A stretch of 64,000 bases of DNA, from the NCBI GenBank assembly GCA_965203905.1, contig CBDBDQ010000005.1, forward strand, positions 2,976,001 to 3,040,000. Reading direction: 5' to 3'. Below the pieces are notes generated by a model. The model was given only the letters and a program-made list of their open reading frames with translations, was not told the DNA's origin and did not search any database. Origin of the DNA: Spirochaetia bacterium (GTDB lineage: Bacteria; Spirochaetota; Spirochaetia; SZUA-6; Bin103). A program made the position numbers and the translations under genes. Within the stretch, counting starts at the first letter, position 1. Every line of letters starts with the position of its first letter. Shown here piece after piece: positions 1-10,490 of this stretch.

Positions 1-909
1 GTGATTCAGCTCCCTCCGGGCGATTGGCTGACCCACCACATACAACAGCTCCAGCTCACCGGGGGGACCGGCGATGAGGCCTTGGCAGCGACCTTGAGAA
101 AGCAGTATGGGTTGGACCAGCCGCTGCACCGGCAGTACCTCAAGTGGGTCGGAGGATTCCCCCGCGGCGACTTCGGAATGTCCTTTTCCTGGCAAAAAAC
201 GGTAACGGAAGTGATCGGAGAACGCCTCGCTTTGACCGTCATCATCTCCCTGAGCACGCTCCTTCTCACGTACATTCTGGCGATCCCAATAGGGATCTAC
301 TCCGCCACTCATCAGTATTCGTTCGGAGACTATACGTTCACCGTGATGGGATTCGCCGGGTTGGCCATTCCAAATTTCATGCTGGCGCTCATCATCATGT
401 ACTTCCTGTTCAAGTATTTCGGTCTGAGTGTCGGCGGATTGTTCTCTCCGGAGTTCATCGATGCACCCTGGAGCATGGCCAGGGTGGGCAACCTTCTGTC
501 CCATATTTGGGCTCCGTTGATCGTCGTTGGAACCGCCGGTACGGCTGAGCTAATTCGCGTGATGCGAGCCGTGCTGCTGGACGAGTTGCGCAAGCAATAC
601 GTGATTACCGCACGCTCCAAGGGACTGGCGGAGAGCCGACTCCTGTTCCGATATCCGGTACGAATAGCGTTGAATCCGATTGTGAGCACGGTCGGCTGGC
701 AGCTTCCCCGGATTGTCTCGGGGGCCACCATCACCGCCGTCGTGCTGGCTCTTCCGACCATCGGGCCGCTGCTTCTGGGAGCACTGATGGAGCAGGACAT
801 GTTTCTGGCCGGGACCATGGTGCTGTTCTTGGGGAGCCTTACCCTGATAGGGACGTTCTTGTCCGACATCCTGCTGGTGATTGTAGATCCCCGTATCCGC
901 TATGAATGA
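1..909 (+). CDS. Oligopeptide/dipeptide-type ABC permease (OppB/DppB family), 5' end outside window
   Basis: Begins mid-protein (IQLPPGD), GDFGMSF, EAA-like loop YVITARSKGL, C-terminal DPRIRY; paralogue of 28653..29636. Confidence 0.93.
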   Translation: MIQLPPGDWLTHHIQQLQLTGGTGDEALAATLRKQYGLDQPLHRQYLKWVGGFPRGDFGMSFSWQKTVTEVIGERLALTVIISLSTLLLTYILAIPIGIYSATHQYSFGDYTFTVMGFAGLAIPNFMLALIIMYFLFKYFGLSVGGLFSPEFIDAPWSMARVGNLLSHIWAPLIVVGTAGTAELIRVMRAVLLDELRKQYVITARSKGLAESRLLFRYPVRIALNPIVSTVGWQLPRIVSGATITAVVLALPTIGPLLLGALMEQDMFLAGTMVLFLGSLTLIGTFLSDILLVIVDPRIRYE

Positions 910-942
910 GATCACGCGCGCCGTTGTGGCACAAGGATCCCC

Positions 943-2058
943 GTGCTGAGGCTTCCGAAGCTTTCCACAACATCCAACGAAGAGGCCTACTTCATCGCCT
1001 CGCAGTGGCAGTTGGCGATGCGCAAGTTGACCAAGCACAAGCTGGCGATAGCTGCTGGTGTGGTGCTTCTCGTGCTCTACGTTCTGGGTGGGCTGTGCGA
1101 GTTTCTATCACCTTATATTGTGCGCACCAGAAACGCGGATTATCAATTCAGCCCGCCTCAGAGCATACACTTCTTTCACCAAGGCAAGTTTCACCCGAGA
1201 CCATTCGTGTACGGGCTCAAGCAGACTCTGGATGACGCCACGTGGGAGCGAATCTACGAACCGGACAAGAGTGAAATAAACCCGATCTACTTCTTCGTAC
1301 GGGGCGATCCATACAAGATGTGGAACCTGTTCCGGACCGATATCCATCTGTTTGGCGTGAAGCGTGGGGTGATCTTCCTGTTCGGTACCGACAGCCTGGG
1401 CAGGGACCTTCTCTCGCTCACCTTGTACGCGGCTCGAACCTCGCTGTCAATCGGTCTGGTTGGGGTGCTGATCAGTTTCCTCCTGGGAGCCACGCTGGGC
1501 GGAATCTCGGGCTACTACGGCGGCAGAACTGACATGGTCATCCAGCGGGTGATAGAGTTCATCATATCGATACCTACGATTCCCTTTTGGATGGCGTTAA
1601 GCACGGCGCTACCCAAGGATTGGCCGGTGATCAGGGTATACTTTGGGATCACCATCATTCTTTCTCTGTTCGGCTGGAGTGGACTGGCGCGCGTAGTACG
1701 AGGCAAGATCCTGGAGCTGCGTGGGGACGACTACGTCCTGGCCGCCAAGGTGGCCGGAAAGTCAGAGGCGGGAATCATCCGACAGCATCTCCTCCCGGGG
1801 TTCGTGAGCTACCTTATTGTCCACCTGACTCTGGCCATACCGTACATGATCTTGGCCGAGACCTCTCTGAGTTTCCTCGGGTTGGGGCTCCGTTTTCCCG
1901 CCGTGAGCTGGGGAGTCTTGATGAGTGAAGCACAGAATGTGCGCAGCATCGCGTTGCGACCGTGGCTTATGATACCGGGTGTATTCGTGATCGTTACGGT
2001 GCTGTCGTTCAATTTCCTTGGAGACGGGTTGCGCGATGCCGCTGATCCTTATCGGTGA
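943..2058 (+). CDS. Oligopeptide-type ABC permease (OppC/DppC family)
   Basis: FGTDSLGRD, DYVLAAKVAG, ETSLSFLGLG, GDGLRDAADP motifs; AAGGA before GTG. Confidence 0.93.
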   Translation: MLRLPKLSTTSNEEAYFIASQWQLAMRKLTKHKLAIAAGVVLLVLYVLGGLCEFLSPYIVRTRNADYQFSPPQSIHFFHQGKFHPRPFVYGLKQTLDDATWERIYEPDKSEINPIYFFVRGDPYKMWNLFRTDIHLFGVKRGVIFLFGTDSLGRDLLSLTLYAARTSLSIGLVGVLISFLLGATLGGISGYYGGRTDMVIQRVIEFIISIPTIPFWMALSTALPKDWPVIRVYFGITIILSLFGWSGLARVVRGKILELRGDDYVLAAKVAGKSEAGIIRQHLLPGFVSYLIVHLTLAIPYMILAETSLSFLGLGLRFPAVSWGVLMSEAQNVRSIALRPWLMIPGVFVIVTVLSFNFLGDGLRDAADPYR

Positions 2059-2153
2059 GTTGTTGCGCATTGGCAAGTAGTGACGACCCGCGCCCGGAAA
2101 AAGCCGCGGTCCGGGTCGAGGTAGCGACGCGAGCAGGAGTTCTGTGAACCACT

Positions 2154-4277
2154 ATGATCGACGCCCTAGCTGATATCGAGACCGGTCTCGAAGAGATCTC
2201 GGATGTTCCTTTTCCGGTTGGCGTGGAGTACTACCGCGCTCCGACGCCGCGCCAGGATGTGTGGGATGATGATCTCCGCAGAGTGCGGGCGGCGGGTTTC
2301 CGGATCATCCGCAGCCACTCCTACTGGAACTGGATGGAACCCCGGCCGGGGATCTACGAGCTTGATGATTTTGATCGCATGTTCGACCTCGGAGAGAAGC
2401 ACGGTCTGTATATCTGGCTGGACATGATGCTGGCCACGCACGGGGCCTGCCCGGAGTGGCTGACGCGCGAGCACCAGGATCTGCGGGTCGTCAATTACCG
2501 AGGCGAGAGAGTGGCACCTCACGCCGGCAAGGCCTATCCGCAGGGAGGCGTGATTCACTGCTACGACCATCCTGCCTGGCGTGAGTATGGAGGCGGGTTG
2601 ATTCGTCACGTGGTCAATCGCTACAAGGACCGGAACAACTTACTGATCTGGGGACTGTGGGACGCTATCAGGATGCCGTCCGAGTGGTCCGACATGAGCC
2701 GCGGCTTTCCCTGCTACTGTGACTACACGCTTGCCCGTTACGCGGCGTGGCTGCGCAGGAAGTTCACCCTGGAGGAGCTCAACGAGCGGTTCCAGAGACG
2801 GTACCGGCGCTGGGAGGACGTGCAACCGCCGCGTTCCTATCACAGCGTAGTGGAGATGCTGCTTTACCGCCGCTTTCACTTCGAAAATCTTGAGGATCAC
2901 CTACGCTGGATGGTTGGCGAGGTAAAGCGGATCGACTCCCGGCACGAGGTGCGAGCGCATGGGATGTGGTACCCGTCGCCTTGGGACGAGCAGTGTGCCC
3001 GGCATGTCGACAGTTGGGGCATGTCGATGCCTTCCAACGACCTGCTGACCTCGCGCGAGCCCACGGCGATAGCCGATCGCTCGTTCATCATGGACTGGGC
3101 ACGCAGCATCGGCCGTGGCGGACGCTGGTGGAATGAAGAGATCTATGCGGGCATGCATCCGGGAGGATCGGTGTGGAAGAAACAATCCGACCCGCGTGAA
3201 ACAACGGCCCTGCTCTGGCTGTCGTTGATAAACGGCGCGGCGGGAGCGATGTACTGGCAGTACCGCCCGGAATACCTGAGTTTCGAATCGCCCGGGTACA
3301 ATCTGGTATCCTACGACGGCCAGCCGAATTCGCGGTTTCATGCTACCACCCGCGCCATCAAGCAGATCGCGGACCTGCGAGACCATCTTCCACTCCAGCG
3401 GCCCCCGGGGCAGGTCGCGCTCGTGTACCATGGGCCTTCCCACGAGATCTTCACCTATGATGGCGAGAATGAGCGCTTCGTCACCGATCTGCGCGGCACC
3501 TATCGTACCCTGTGGAAGCAGGGGATAGCGGTTGATATCGTTTCTCCTTCCATGGACTGGTCAGACTACCGAATGGTGCTGCTTCCCAACGTCGCGCTGA
3601 TGGACGAGTCGACGCGAGCCAGGATTCTGCAAACCTGGGAAACCAGTCCGAACACGTGGCTGGTTGCCGAAGGCAACTTCGCCACGTACTCGCAGGATGG
3701 ACAGTCGAGCTACCGTCCACCCGAGGGCTTGGCCGAGCTGCTGGGCGTACGGGTGGCCGATTGCTCAGCGGTGACTGAGTTTGACATCGAGCGTGGAGAG
3801 AACGTCTTGCACACCGAGTACGGCGAGGCCACGGCGACCGCCTCCTTCCCGTACGCGGTTCTTGAGCCGTCCGGTACTACCGAGACCATTGCGCGCTATG
3901 GTGATGAATCAGTCGGCATCCGCAGCTCCGACAGGCGGTTCATCTGGTTGGGATTTACCCTCACCGCGGGCTTCGGCGAGACCGCCAGTCCGGCTCTGCT
4001 GTCAGGACTGCTGACTGAACTTGGGATCCACCCGGAGGCGGCGGCCAGCCATCCACAGGTCGTGCCCCTGACGCGCCGATCAAAGACCGGCGACAGGATT
4101 GTGTTTCTGATCAATCTCGCAAGGATGGAGGTCACGACAACCATAGCGTTCTCGTCCGCTGGGAGCGTAGGTCGGGTCCACGATCTGATTGCAGGCGGGG
4201 AACTATCCATGTCCCAGGGGGAGGTCGAGGTCACGCTGCCGGCATGGGAGGTCGGTGTTCTTCACTGTCGCGATTAG
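2154..4277 (+). CDS. GH42 beta-galactosidase-like glycoside hydrolase (atypical acid/base site)
   Basis: GVEYY, WNWMEPRPG, PEWL, CYDHP, CYC Zn site, WLRRKF.LEELN, trimerisation-type C-terminal domain. Confidence 0.85.
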   Translation: MIDALADIETGLEEISDVPFPVGVEYYRAPTPRQDVWDDDLRRVRAAGFRIIRSHSYWNWMEPRPGIYELDDFDRMFDLGEKHGLYIWLDMMLATHGACPEWLTREHQDLRVVNYRGERVAPHAGKAYPQGGVIHCYDHPAWREYGGGLIRHVVNRYKDRNNLLIWGLWDAIRMPSEWSDMSRGFPCYCDYTLARYAAWLRRKFTLEELNERFQRRYRRWEDVQPPRSYHSVVEMLLYRRFHFENLEDHLRWMVGEVKRIDSRHEVRAHGMWYPSPWDEQCARHVDSWGMSMPSNDLLTSREPTAIADRSFIMDWARSIGRGGRWWNEEIYAGMHPGGSVWKKQSDPRETTALLWLSLINGAAGAMYWQYRPEYLSFESPGYNLVSYDGQPNSRFHATTRAIKQIADLRDHLPLQRPPGQVALVYHGPSHEIFTYDGENERFVTDLRGTYRTLWKQGIAVDIVSPSMDWSDYRMVLLPNVALMDESTRARILQTWETSPNTWLVAEGNFATYSQDGQSSYRPPEGLAELLGVRVADCSAVTEFDIERGENVLHTEYGEATATASFPYAVLEPSGTTETIARYGDESVGIRSSDRRFIWLGFTLTAGFGETASPALLSGLLTELGIHPEAAASHPQVVPLTRRSKTGDRIVFLINLARMEVTTTIAFSSAGSVGRVHDLIAGGELSMSQGEVEVTLPAWEVGVLHCRD

Positions 4278-4315
4278 CATCGGACAGTTCACGCCACGTC
4301 GCCGGGGAGGCTTCA

Positions 4316-5443
4316 TTGGACGATAAGCTGGACAGCTCGGCAGCGGCGCTGGAACAGTGGGGCGCGCGGCGCAACCGGATGCTGGACACCTACTTTCGTG
4401 GCGCGCTGCGCGAACGCTACCTGCAGCAGCGGGCGGCCGCCGCTCTGGACACGAGCTCTCTCGACCGCTACCGCGCCGCTGCCGATGCGCTGCGCACGCG
4501 GCTGATCGACGAAGGACTCGGCGGCTGGCCCGCCCGCCCGGCGACGATCAGCGCGCGGGAGACGCAGATTGCCGAACTGGAGCCGGGGAATCTGTACCGC
4601 GTGCACGTCGAGGTGCTGCCGGAAGTGGAGATGATGGCGTTGCTGCTGGTGCCGCATGCGGCGGCCACCCGCGCTGTGCCGGCGGTGATCTGCCAGCATG
4701 GTTACGGCGGCTCACCGGAGTGGGCCATGGGGTTCGGCACGCCCGGCGCGAGCAACTACATGAATGGCTGTGGGCACCGGCTCGCCGCGGCCGGCTACGT
4801 CGTGCTGGCGCCGCACATCGTGTGCAGTCCGCCGGGTGTCGGCGAGGACCGCGTCCGGCTCGACCGGCTGGCGCGCATGAGCGGCCGCAGCCTGTTGGGT
4901 TTCGAGATGTTCGAGCTGTCGCGCATGGTCGACTATCTGCAGACCAGAACCGAGGTGCTGCCGGAGCGCATCGGCATGTACGGCATCTCCCAGGGGGGTA
5001 TGTCCACCCTCTTCGCCGCGGCATGCGATTCCAGAATCCGGGCGGCGGTGTGCTCCTGCTACTTCAATGACCGGTGGCGCAAGATGTTCGAGCCCGAGCA
5101 CCTGCGGCGGAGGGGTGAGGAGGAAGGCCTCGACTACGGCGCCTACCTGCACAGCACCGAGGACGATAAGTTCAATCCTTGGGCGGCGCCGCTGTGGCCG
5201 GACAGCGTACTGGCCTCGCTGATCTGTCCGCGCCCCTTCATGGCCGAGGTCGGTCGCTACGATTCGGTAATCGACTGGCGCGATGCGGTAGCGGAGTTCG
5301 ACCGCGTGCGGCAGATCTACGGCCAACTCGGCGTGGCCGAGCGCGCCGAGCTCAGCGTCGGCGAGTGGGGCGGCCACGAGATGTTCTACGATGGCCCGAA
5401 GCGGTTCCTGGACCGTTGGCTCAGGTCCGAGCTGGACGATTGA
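4316..5443 (+). CDS. Alpha/beta-hydrolase (carbohydrate esterase / dienelactone hydrolase-like)
   Basis: PAVICQHG, nucleophile GISQGG, GRYD and GGH triad motifs; GGGGAGG SD before TTG at 4316 (ORF track starts at 4244). Confidence 0.82.
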   Translation: MDDKLDSSAAALEQWGARRNRMLDTYFRGALRERYLQQRAAAALDTSSLDRYRAAADALRTRLIDEGLGGWPARPATISARETQIAELEPGNLYRVHVEVLPEVEMMALLLVPHAAATRAVPAVICQHGYGGSPEWAMGFGTPGASNYMNGCGHRLAAAGYVVLAPHIVCSPPGVGEDRVRLDRLARMSGRSLLGFEMFELSRMVDYLQTRTEVLPERIGMYGISQGGMSTLFAAACDSRIRAAVCSCYFNDRWRKMFEPEHLRRRGEEEGLDYGAYLHSTEDDKFNPWAAPLWPDSVLASLICPRPFMAEVGRYDSVIDWRDAVAEFDRVRQIYGQLGVAERAELSVGEWGGHEMFYDGPKRFLDRWLRSELDD

Positions 5444-8400
5444 TGAACGATCCGCAGAAACAGTTCCGCGAAATCGCAGAGCCGGGCAACGGCATGGAGT
5501 ACCGACCGGCGCCGTTCTGGTCCTGGAACGACGAGCTCACGCCGGACCAGCTCCGGCATCAGATACGCCAGATGCGCGGCGCCGGGCTGGGAGGATACTT
5601 CATGCACTCCAGGATCGGCTTGGCGACGCCGTACCTGGGCGAGCAATGGATGGCCTGCATCCAGGCCTGCATCGAAGAGGGACGGCGTCTCGGGATGAAG
5701 TCCTGGCTCTACGACGAGGACGGATTCCCAAGTGGTTTCGCGGGCGGTCTTATCGCCGGAAGGGGAGGTGACTACGCCCGCAAGACGTTGCGTTGCCGCG
5801 CCCGGAGCATCCAGGGGTTTGAAGGCATCTACCCCCCTCCGCCTGGATGCGTGAAGCGATTCCTGGGATATCGCGTGGGAAGGACCTTGCGCCAGCTCGA
5901 GGATGTCACCGGGGAAGCCATCATCGCCAGCTCTCATGCCGGCAAGACGGTGTTCGAATTCTACGTCGAACAGGGGGATCATTACGTCGACACTTTGAAC
6001 CCGAAAGTCGTCGCAGCGTTTCTCGAAAGTACCCACGATGTCTACTTCAGCCGATTCGCCTCAGTGATGGGCACAGGTGCTGAGATCCCGGGGATTTTTA
6101 CCGATGAACCACAGTACGCGTGGCATTCCATCCCTTGGACCAAAGAACTCCCCGCCTGCTTCGAGAGATGGAGGGGCTACGATCTCCTGCCCCTTCTGGC
6201 ATCGCTGTTCTATGATGTCGGGGAGTACCAGAAAACGCGCCACGACTTCTATCGGACGGTTACCGAGTTGTTCGTCGACGTCTTCACCCGCCGTCTGTAC
6301 GATTGGTGCGAAGCTCGTGACATCAGTCTGACCGGCCATCAGAACGAAAACGAAGGTGAGGATGATCTCGCCTGGCAGATCGGCTCGTGCGGCGCCGTGA
6401 TGCCGCACTACGAGTACATGCACATCCCCGGGATCGATCACCTGAACTGTCAGGGGCGGGTCTACGCGAAGGAAGATGCGGGCACCGGCATGCGCCATTA
6501 CTCGATTCCATTGGCCAAGCAGGTCAGCAGCGTCGCCCATCAACTCGGGGGCCGAAGGGTGCTGTGCGAGCTGTTCGCCAATTTCGGTCAAGGCATGACT
6601 CTCGAGGATCAGCGCTGGATCGTAAACTGGATGTTCGTGCTCGGCGTCGATCTCCTCTGCCCCCACCTCCTGCTGTACTCCCTGCGTGGATTCCGCAAGC
6701 GAGACTGCCCGCCGACCCTCAGCCACCATCAACCGTGGTGGAGCTACTACGCACTGCTGAACAACCTGTTCGCACGCACCAGCTTCATGCTCACGCGGGG
6801 AACCCATGTCGCGGATATCCTGGTTCTGCATCCGATCACCAGCGCGTGGTGCGTGTACCATCCCGATGATCAGGAACGGGTCATGGAGCTGAACCACGGG
6901 TTCATCCGGTTGAGCGAGTCGCTGCTCCGGATCCAGCGTGATTTCGACTACGGCGATGAGTTGTTGCTGCGCCGCCACGGTTCCGTCGACGGTGCGCAGA
7001 TTCGTGTCGGGAGCTGCCGCTACTCCATCGTCGTGCTGCCGCCACTGCGGTCGATGTTGCGCGAGACGTATGCGCTGTTACGGCAGTTTCATGACAACGG
7101 AGGGAAGATCATCACGGTGCCACCGGTGCCCACTCGTATCGAAGGGGCCAACAGTGAAGAGCTGGGCGTGTTCCTGGAGGCGGCTTCGACGGTGGTGCCG
7201 AACGAGCGCCAGGCGATCAGGGAAGTCCTGGACGCGACCTCCGCCTCGAGTCTTGAGCTGGACGGCGACATTGACGAGATTTCAGGCGTGTTCTACCAGG
7301 AACGCCGGTGGCAAGAGAAGAGGATCTTTTTCCTCGCCAACACCCATCGCGTGAGACGCGTGCAGTGCACTGTCCGCATCCGCGGCCAGGGTCAGCTCCA
7401 ACTGTGGGACGGCAGCGACGGGGAGGTCACGCCGTGCGTATGCCGCAACGACGGTGATCGGATCGTTACGGAAATCTCTATCGCACCTGGCGGCGCCCGG
7501 ATCCTGGTTCTGGATTCCGCGCTGCAACCACGGTTGGGTGCGCCGGTGCGCGAGCGGGTCGCCGCTGCCATCACCGTGGAACCGCCATGGCAGCTCGCAC
7601 GACACTCTCCGAATGCACTGGTCCTCGACTACTGCGACTACCAGGTGGAAGGGGAGGCGTGGCAGGAGAATCGGCCGGTCCTGCGGGAGCTCTCCCGTCC
7701 GCCCTACGGCGATCCCGCACCTGCATTGAGCCGGATGCTCACGGAACGGGGCGAAGGCCAATCGCTGAAGCTGAGATACCACTTTACAACTGCGGGCCGA
7801 GCCGCGGCGGATGCAGTGCAGCGCCTCGTGATGGAGACGGCCGTGGAGTCCACGGTCACCTTGAACGGCGCCGTACTGGGCGAATCCGATGACGGCTTCT
7901 GGCTCGATCCCTCGTTCCGTTCGTTCTCCCTCGCTGGCTTGGTACGTCCGGGAAACAACGTGATCGAAGCCGCCACCACACTGCATCCGCTGACCGAGAT
8001 CGAACAGTGCTACCTCGTGGGCGAATTCGACGTGGTGCGCAGCGGAGAACGCAAGTTCGTGATCAGCGGAGCTCGTGACGTTGTTGCCGGCACGAACCTG
8101 GCCGAGGAGGGCTCTCCGTTTTTCTGCGGTGCCATCAGCTTATCAAGCGAGGTCGAGCTGCCGTCCCCACGCGAGCTCCTTGCAGAGCGCGTATACCTCG
8201 AACTCTCCTGCGAGAATGTGGCCGTGGTCGAGGTTCACCTGAATGCCACGCGTTGTGGCGTCGTAGTTCCCTGCGACCGCCGATTGGAAATCACTGAACA
8301 CATCCGAAAGGGAAGCAACGTTCTTTCCCTCAAGTTGGTTGGGACGCTTCGCAACCTGCTGGGACCACACCACTTCACCGGCGCAGAATCGCGCTCGGCG

Positions 8401-8505
8401 ATAGCCCTCCTGTCGCTACCGCGAGCGGATGAATGGACCGATACCTATCGCATCATGCCCTTTGGGGTAAAGCAGGTAGCCTTCCGCTACGTGCACTCCG
8501 ACTAG
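5443..8505 (+). CDS. Large glycoside hydrolase, GH106 (alpha-L-rhamnosidase)-like
   Basis: YRPAPFWSWN, GGYFMHSRIG, WLYDEDGFPSG, GIFTDEP, PGIDHL, KQVSSVAHQ; TGATG overlap with upstream stop. Confidence 0.82.
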   Translation: MNDPQKQFREIAEPGNGMEYRPAPFWSWNDELTPDQLRHQIRQMRGAGLGGYFMHSRIGLATPYLGEQWMACIQACIEEGRRLGMKSWLYDEDGFPSGFAGGLIAGRGGDYARKTLRCRARSIQGFEGIYPPPPGCVKRFLGYRVGRTLRQLEDVTGEAIIASSHAGKTVFEFYVEQGDHYVDTLNPKVVAAFLESTHDVYFSRFASVMGTGAEIPGIFTDEPQYAWHSIPWTKELPACFERWRGYDLLPLLASLFYDVGEYQKTRHDFYRTVTELFVDVFTRRLYDWCEARDISLTGHQNENEGEDDLAWQIGSCGAVMPHYEYMHIPGIDHLNCQGRVYAKEDAGTGMRHYSIPLAKQVSSVAHQLGGRRVLCELFANFGQGMTLEDQRWIVNWMFVLGVDLLCPHLLLYSLRGFRKRDCPPTLSHHQPWWSYYALLNNLFARTSFMLTRGTHVADILVLHPITSAWCVYHPDDQERVMELNHGFIRLSESLLRIQRDFDYGDELLLRRHGSVDGAQIRVGSCRYSIVVLPPLRSMLRETYALLRQFHDNGGKIITVPPVPTRIEGANSEELGVFLEAASTVVPNERQAIREVLDATSASSLELDGDIDEISGVFYQERRWQEKRIFFLANTHRVRRVQCTVRIRGQGQLQLWDGSDGEVTPCVCRNDGDRIVTEISIAPGGARILVLDSALQPRLGAPVRERVAAAITVEPPWQLARHSPNALVLDYCDYQVEGEAWQENRPVLRELSRPPYGDPAPALSRMLTERGEGQSLKLRYHFTTAGRAAADAVQRLVMETAVESTVTLNGAVLGESDDGFWLDPSFRSFSLAGLVRPGNNVIEAATTLHPLTEIEQCYLVGEFDVVRSGERKFVISGARDVVAGTNLAEEGSPFFCGAISLSSEVELPSPRELLAERVYLELSCENVAVVEVHLNATRCGVVVPCDRRLEITEHIRKGSNVLSLKLVGTLRNLLGPHHFTGAESRSAIALLSLPRADEWTDTYRIMPFGVKQVAFRYVHSD

Positions 8506-9395
8506 CTCTTGAGTCCGGTTATCACGACCCCTTGCATGAACGACCTCTGGGTAAAGAAGAACAACAGGATGGGCGGCAGCATGATTACGAGGGAGGCAGC
8601 CATCAGAAAATTATAGTATGAGCCAGTCTGCGAAATCATGCCGAAGGTGCCTGCTGTGGCCACCGCCTTGAAGTAGTAAAGACCGATCGGCAGGGTGAAC
8701 TTATCCACCGACGTGAGATAGATGATCGGGGTCATGAAATCCTGGTAAACGGCAACGAACGTGAACAACGCCACGATGCCGAGAGCTGACGTCGAGAGGG
8801 GCATCAGTATTCTCGAATAGATTCGCCAGTTGCTGCAGCCATCAACCTTCGCCGCATCGTCCAACTCGTACGGAATGGTACTGAAGAACTGTCTGAGGAG
8901 AAAGATATAGAAGGCACCACCGCCGAAAAAACTTGGAACGACCAGGGGTTTGAAGCTATCTATCCAGCCAAGCTTGCTCATGATGACATAGACCGGAACC
9001 AGGGTAACAACGCTCGGCAGCATCATGGTGCTCAACATGATGATGAACCAGAAATCCCGCAGCGGAAATCGCAGCCTGGCGAAGCCGAATGCGACCAGGC
9101 TGGCGCTGAGCACCGTGCCGAGCACATTCAGGGAAACTATCTGGGCACTGTTCCAGGCATACCGGCCGAATGGAGCGAGCCCGAACATGTCGACGAAGTT
9201 TGCCCAGCGAAACACGGAAGGTATCAAACGAGGCGGATATGAGACCACCATGGCGGTGGGCTTGAGGCTCGATGAAATCATCCACAGGATAGGAAAAAAG
9301 ATCACGAACGCAGACACGAGCAGGATCACATGAACCAGTAGCCGCCACAGATGGCTGCTACGTAACGCCGATGGGACTGGCCGATTCACTCGCAC
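8502..9395 (-). CDS. Carbohydrate ABC permease (CUT1, MalG-type)
   Basis: FLLRQFF..IP.ELDDAAKVDG EAA motif, AFGFARLRFP. Confidence 0.93.
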   Translation of the reverse strand: MRVNRPVPSALRSSHLWRLLVHVILLVSAFVIFFPILWMISSSLKPTAMVVSYPPRLIPSVFRWANFVDMFGLAPFGRYAWNSAQIVSLNVLGTVLSASLVAFGFARLRFPLRDFWFIIMLSTMMLPSVVTLVPVYVIMSKLGWIDSFKPLVVPSFFGGGAFYIFLLRQFFSTIPYELDDAAKVDGCSNWRIYSRILMPLSTSALGIVALFTFVAVYQDFMTPIIYLTSVDKFTLPIGLYYFKAVATAGTFGMISQTGSYYNFLMAASLVIMLPPILLFFFTQRSFMQGVVITGLKS

Positions 9396-9438
9396 TCTCG
9401 AGCTCCTTGCCGGTCAATCCTGGAGGCGCTTGAAGGGG

Positions 9439-10347
9439 CTATCGGCGGCGCCGTAGGCCTTCATAATACACCCATGCGGGAGACGATTTGAATATGAGAA
9501 GAGTGATTCCCATGATAATAGCGAACAGGATCCACGAAAAGGTCGCGGCATATCCCATGTGGAAGTTCCTGAATGCAAGCTGATAGATGTAGAGCAGCGG
9601 AAAGAACGTCGAGTAATAGGGTCCTCCATTGGTCATGATGAAGGCGGTCTGAAAGGCCTGAAACGAACCAATGATGCCAATCACGAGGGTGAACAGCAGC
9701 ACCTGCGTCATCATGGGGAGAGTGATATAGAAGAACTTGTGCAGCACTCCGGCACCGTCGATCGCAGCGGCTTCGTAGAATTCGGTCGGGATACCCTGCA
9801 GTCCGGCCAGGTAGATGATCATGCTGGCGCCGACCGCCCACAGTCCCACCATGACGATCGAGGGCAGCGCGGTGGACGGGTGCATGAGCCAATTGGGACC
9901 TTCAACGCCGAGCAGCTTCAGGATCAGGTAGTTGACGATGCCATGATTCGGCTCCAACAGCCACATCCAGATGTAGCTTCCGGCAATGCCCGGTATCACT
10001 GCCGGAAGATAAAACAGGGTTCTGTACAGGCCCGATCCCTTGACTCCCTGATTCAACAGGAGAGCCAGGATGAACCCAAGAATCAAGCTCAAGGGTACAT
10101 TCATGGCCGAGTAGAGCACGGCAACCTTCATCGATTGCCACACTACGAAGTCCTTTACGATCTCGACATAGTTCTCGAATGCAGTGAATTCAGGTGGGTA
10201 TATCCCGGTCCAGTTGGTAAACGACATGACCAGCGAGAACGCCATCGGGCCAATCTGCCAGATCAGGAAGCCGGCCAGCCATGGCGCGATGAAGAGATAG
10301 CCGTCGATATGTTCCCGCCGCTCCAACCTTCCCTTGAGCATCTTCAC
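9439..10347 (-). CDS. Carbohydrate ABC permease (CUT1, MalF-type)
   Basis: YLAGLQGIPTEFYEAAAIDGA EAA motif, TNGGP. Confidence 0.93.
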   Translation of the reverse strand: MKMLKGRLERREHIDGYLFIAPWLAGFLIWQIGPMAFSLVMSFTNWTGIYPPEFTAFENYVEIVKDFVVWQSMKVAVLYSAMNVPLSLILGFILALLLNQGVKGSGLYRTLFYLPAVIPGIAGSYIWMWLLEPNHGIVNYLILKLLGVEGPNWLMHPSTALPSIVMVGLWAVGASMIIYLAGLQGIPTEFYEAAAIDGAGVLHKFFYITLPMMTQVLLFTLVIGIIGSFQAFQTAFIMTNGGPYYSTFFPLLYIYQLAFRNFHMGYAATFSWILFAIIMGITLLIFKSSPAWVYYEGLRRRR

Positions 10348-10401
10348 TCAGCACCGCTCCTGGCGCACGAACGCCCCGCGATCCGCGCCCGCCGACCCCC
10401 T

Positions 10402-10461
10402 CATAAGCTTCGGAATCGTGCCCGACGGGTAGCGGAATACGAAGATTCCGGTACCCATCGG
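10402..10461 (-). terminator. Stem-loop between the SBP and permease genes (mRNA stabiliser or partial terminator)
   Basis: Imperfect inverted repeat CCGACGGGTA-GCGGAAT / ATTCCG-GTACCCATCGG just downstream of the SBP stop; left boundary approximate. Confidence 0.5.
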
Positions 10462-10490
10462 ACTTCCCGTGTCGCTATTCCCTAAGTTCC

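Noticed and set aside
2085-2119. GC hairpin between oppC and the GH42 gene (a similar one lies near 49174-49207)
   Set aside because: No U-tract and no second copy; too weak to call a terminator or REP
5179-5442. N-terminal 88 aa of the 1108-aa ORF
   Set aside because: Overlaps the esterase gene; the TGATG coupling at 5441-5445 gives the real start
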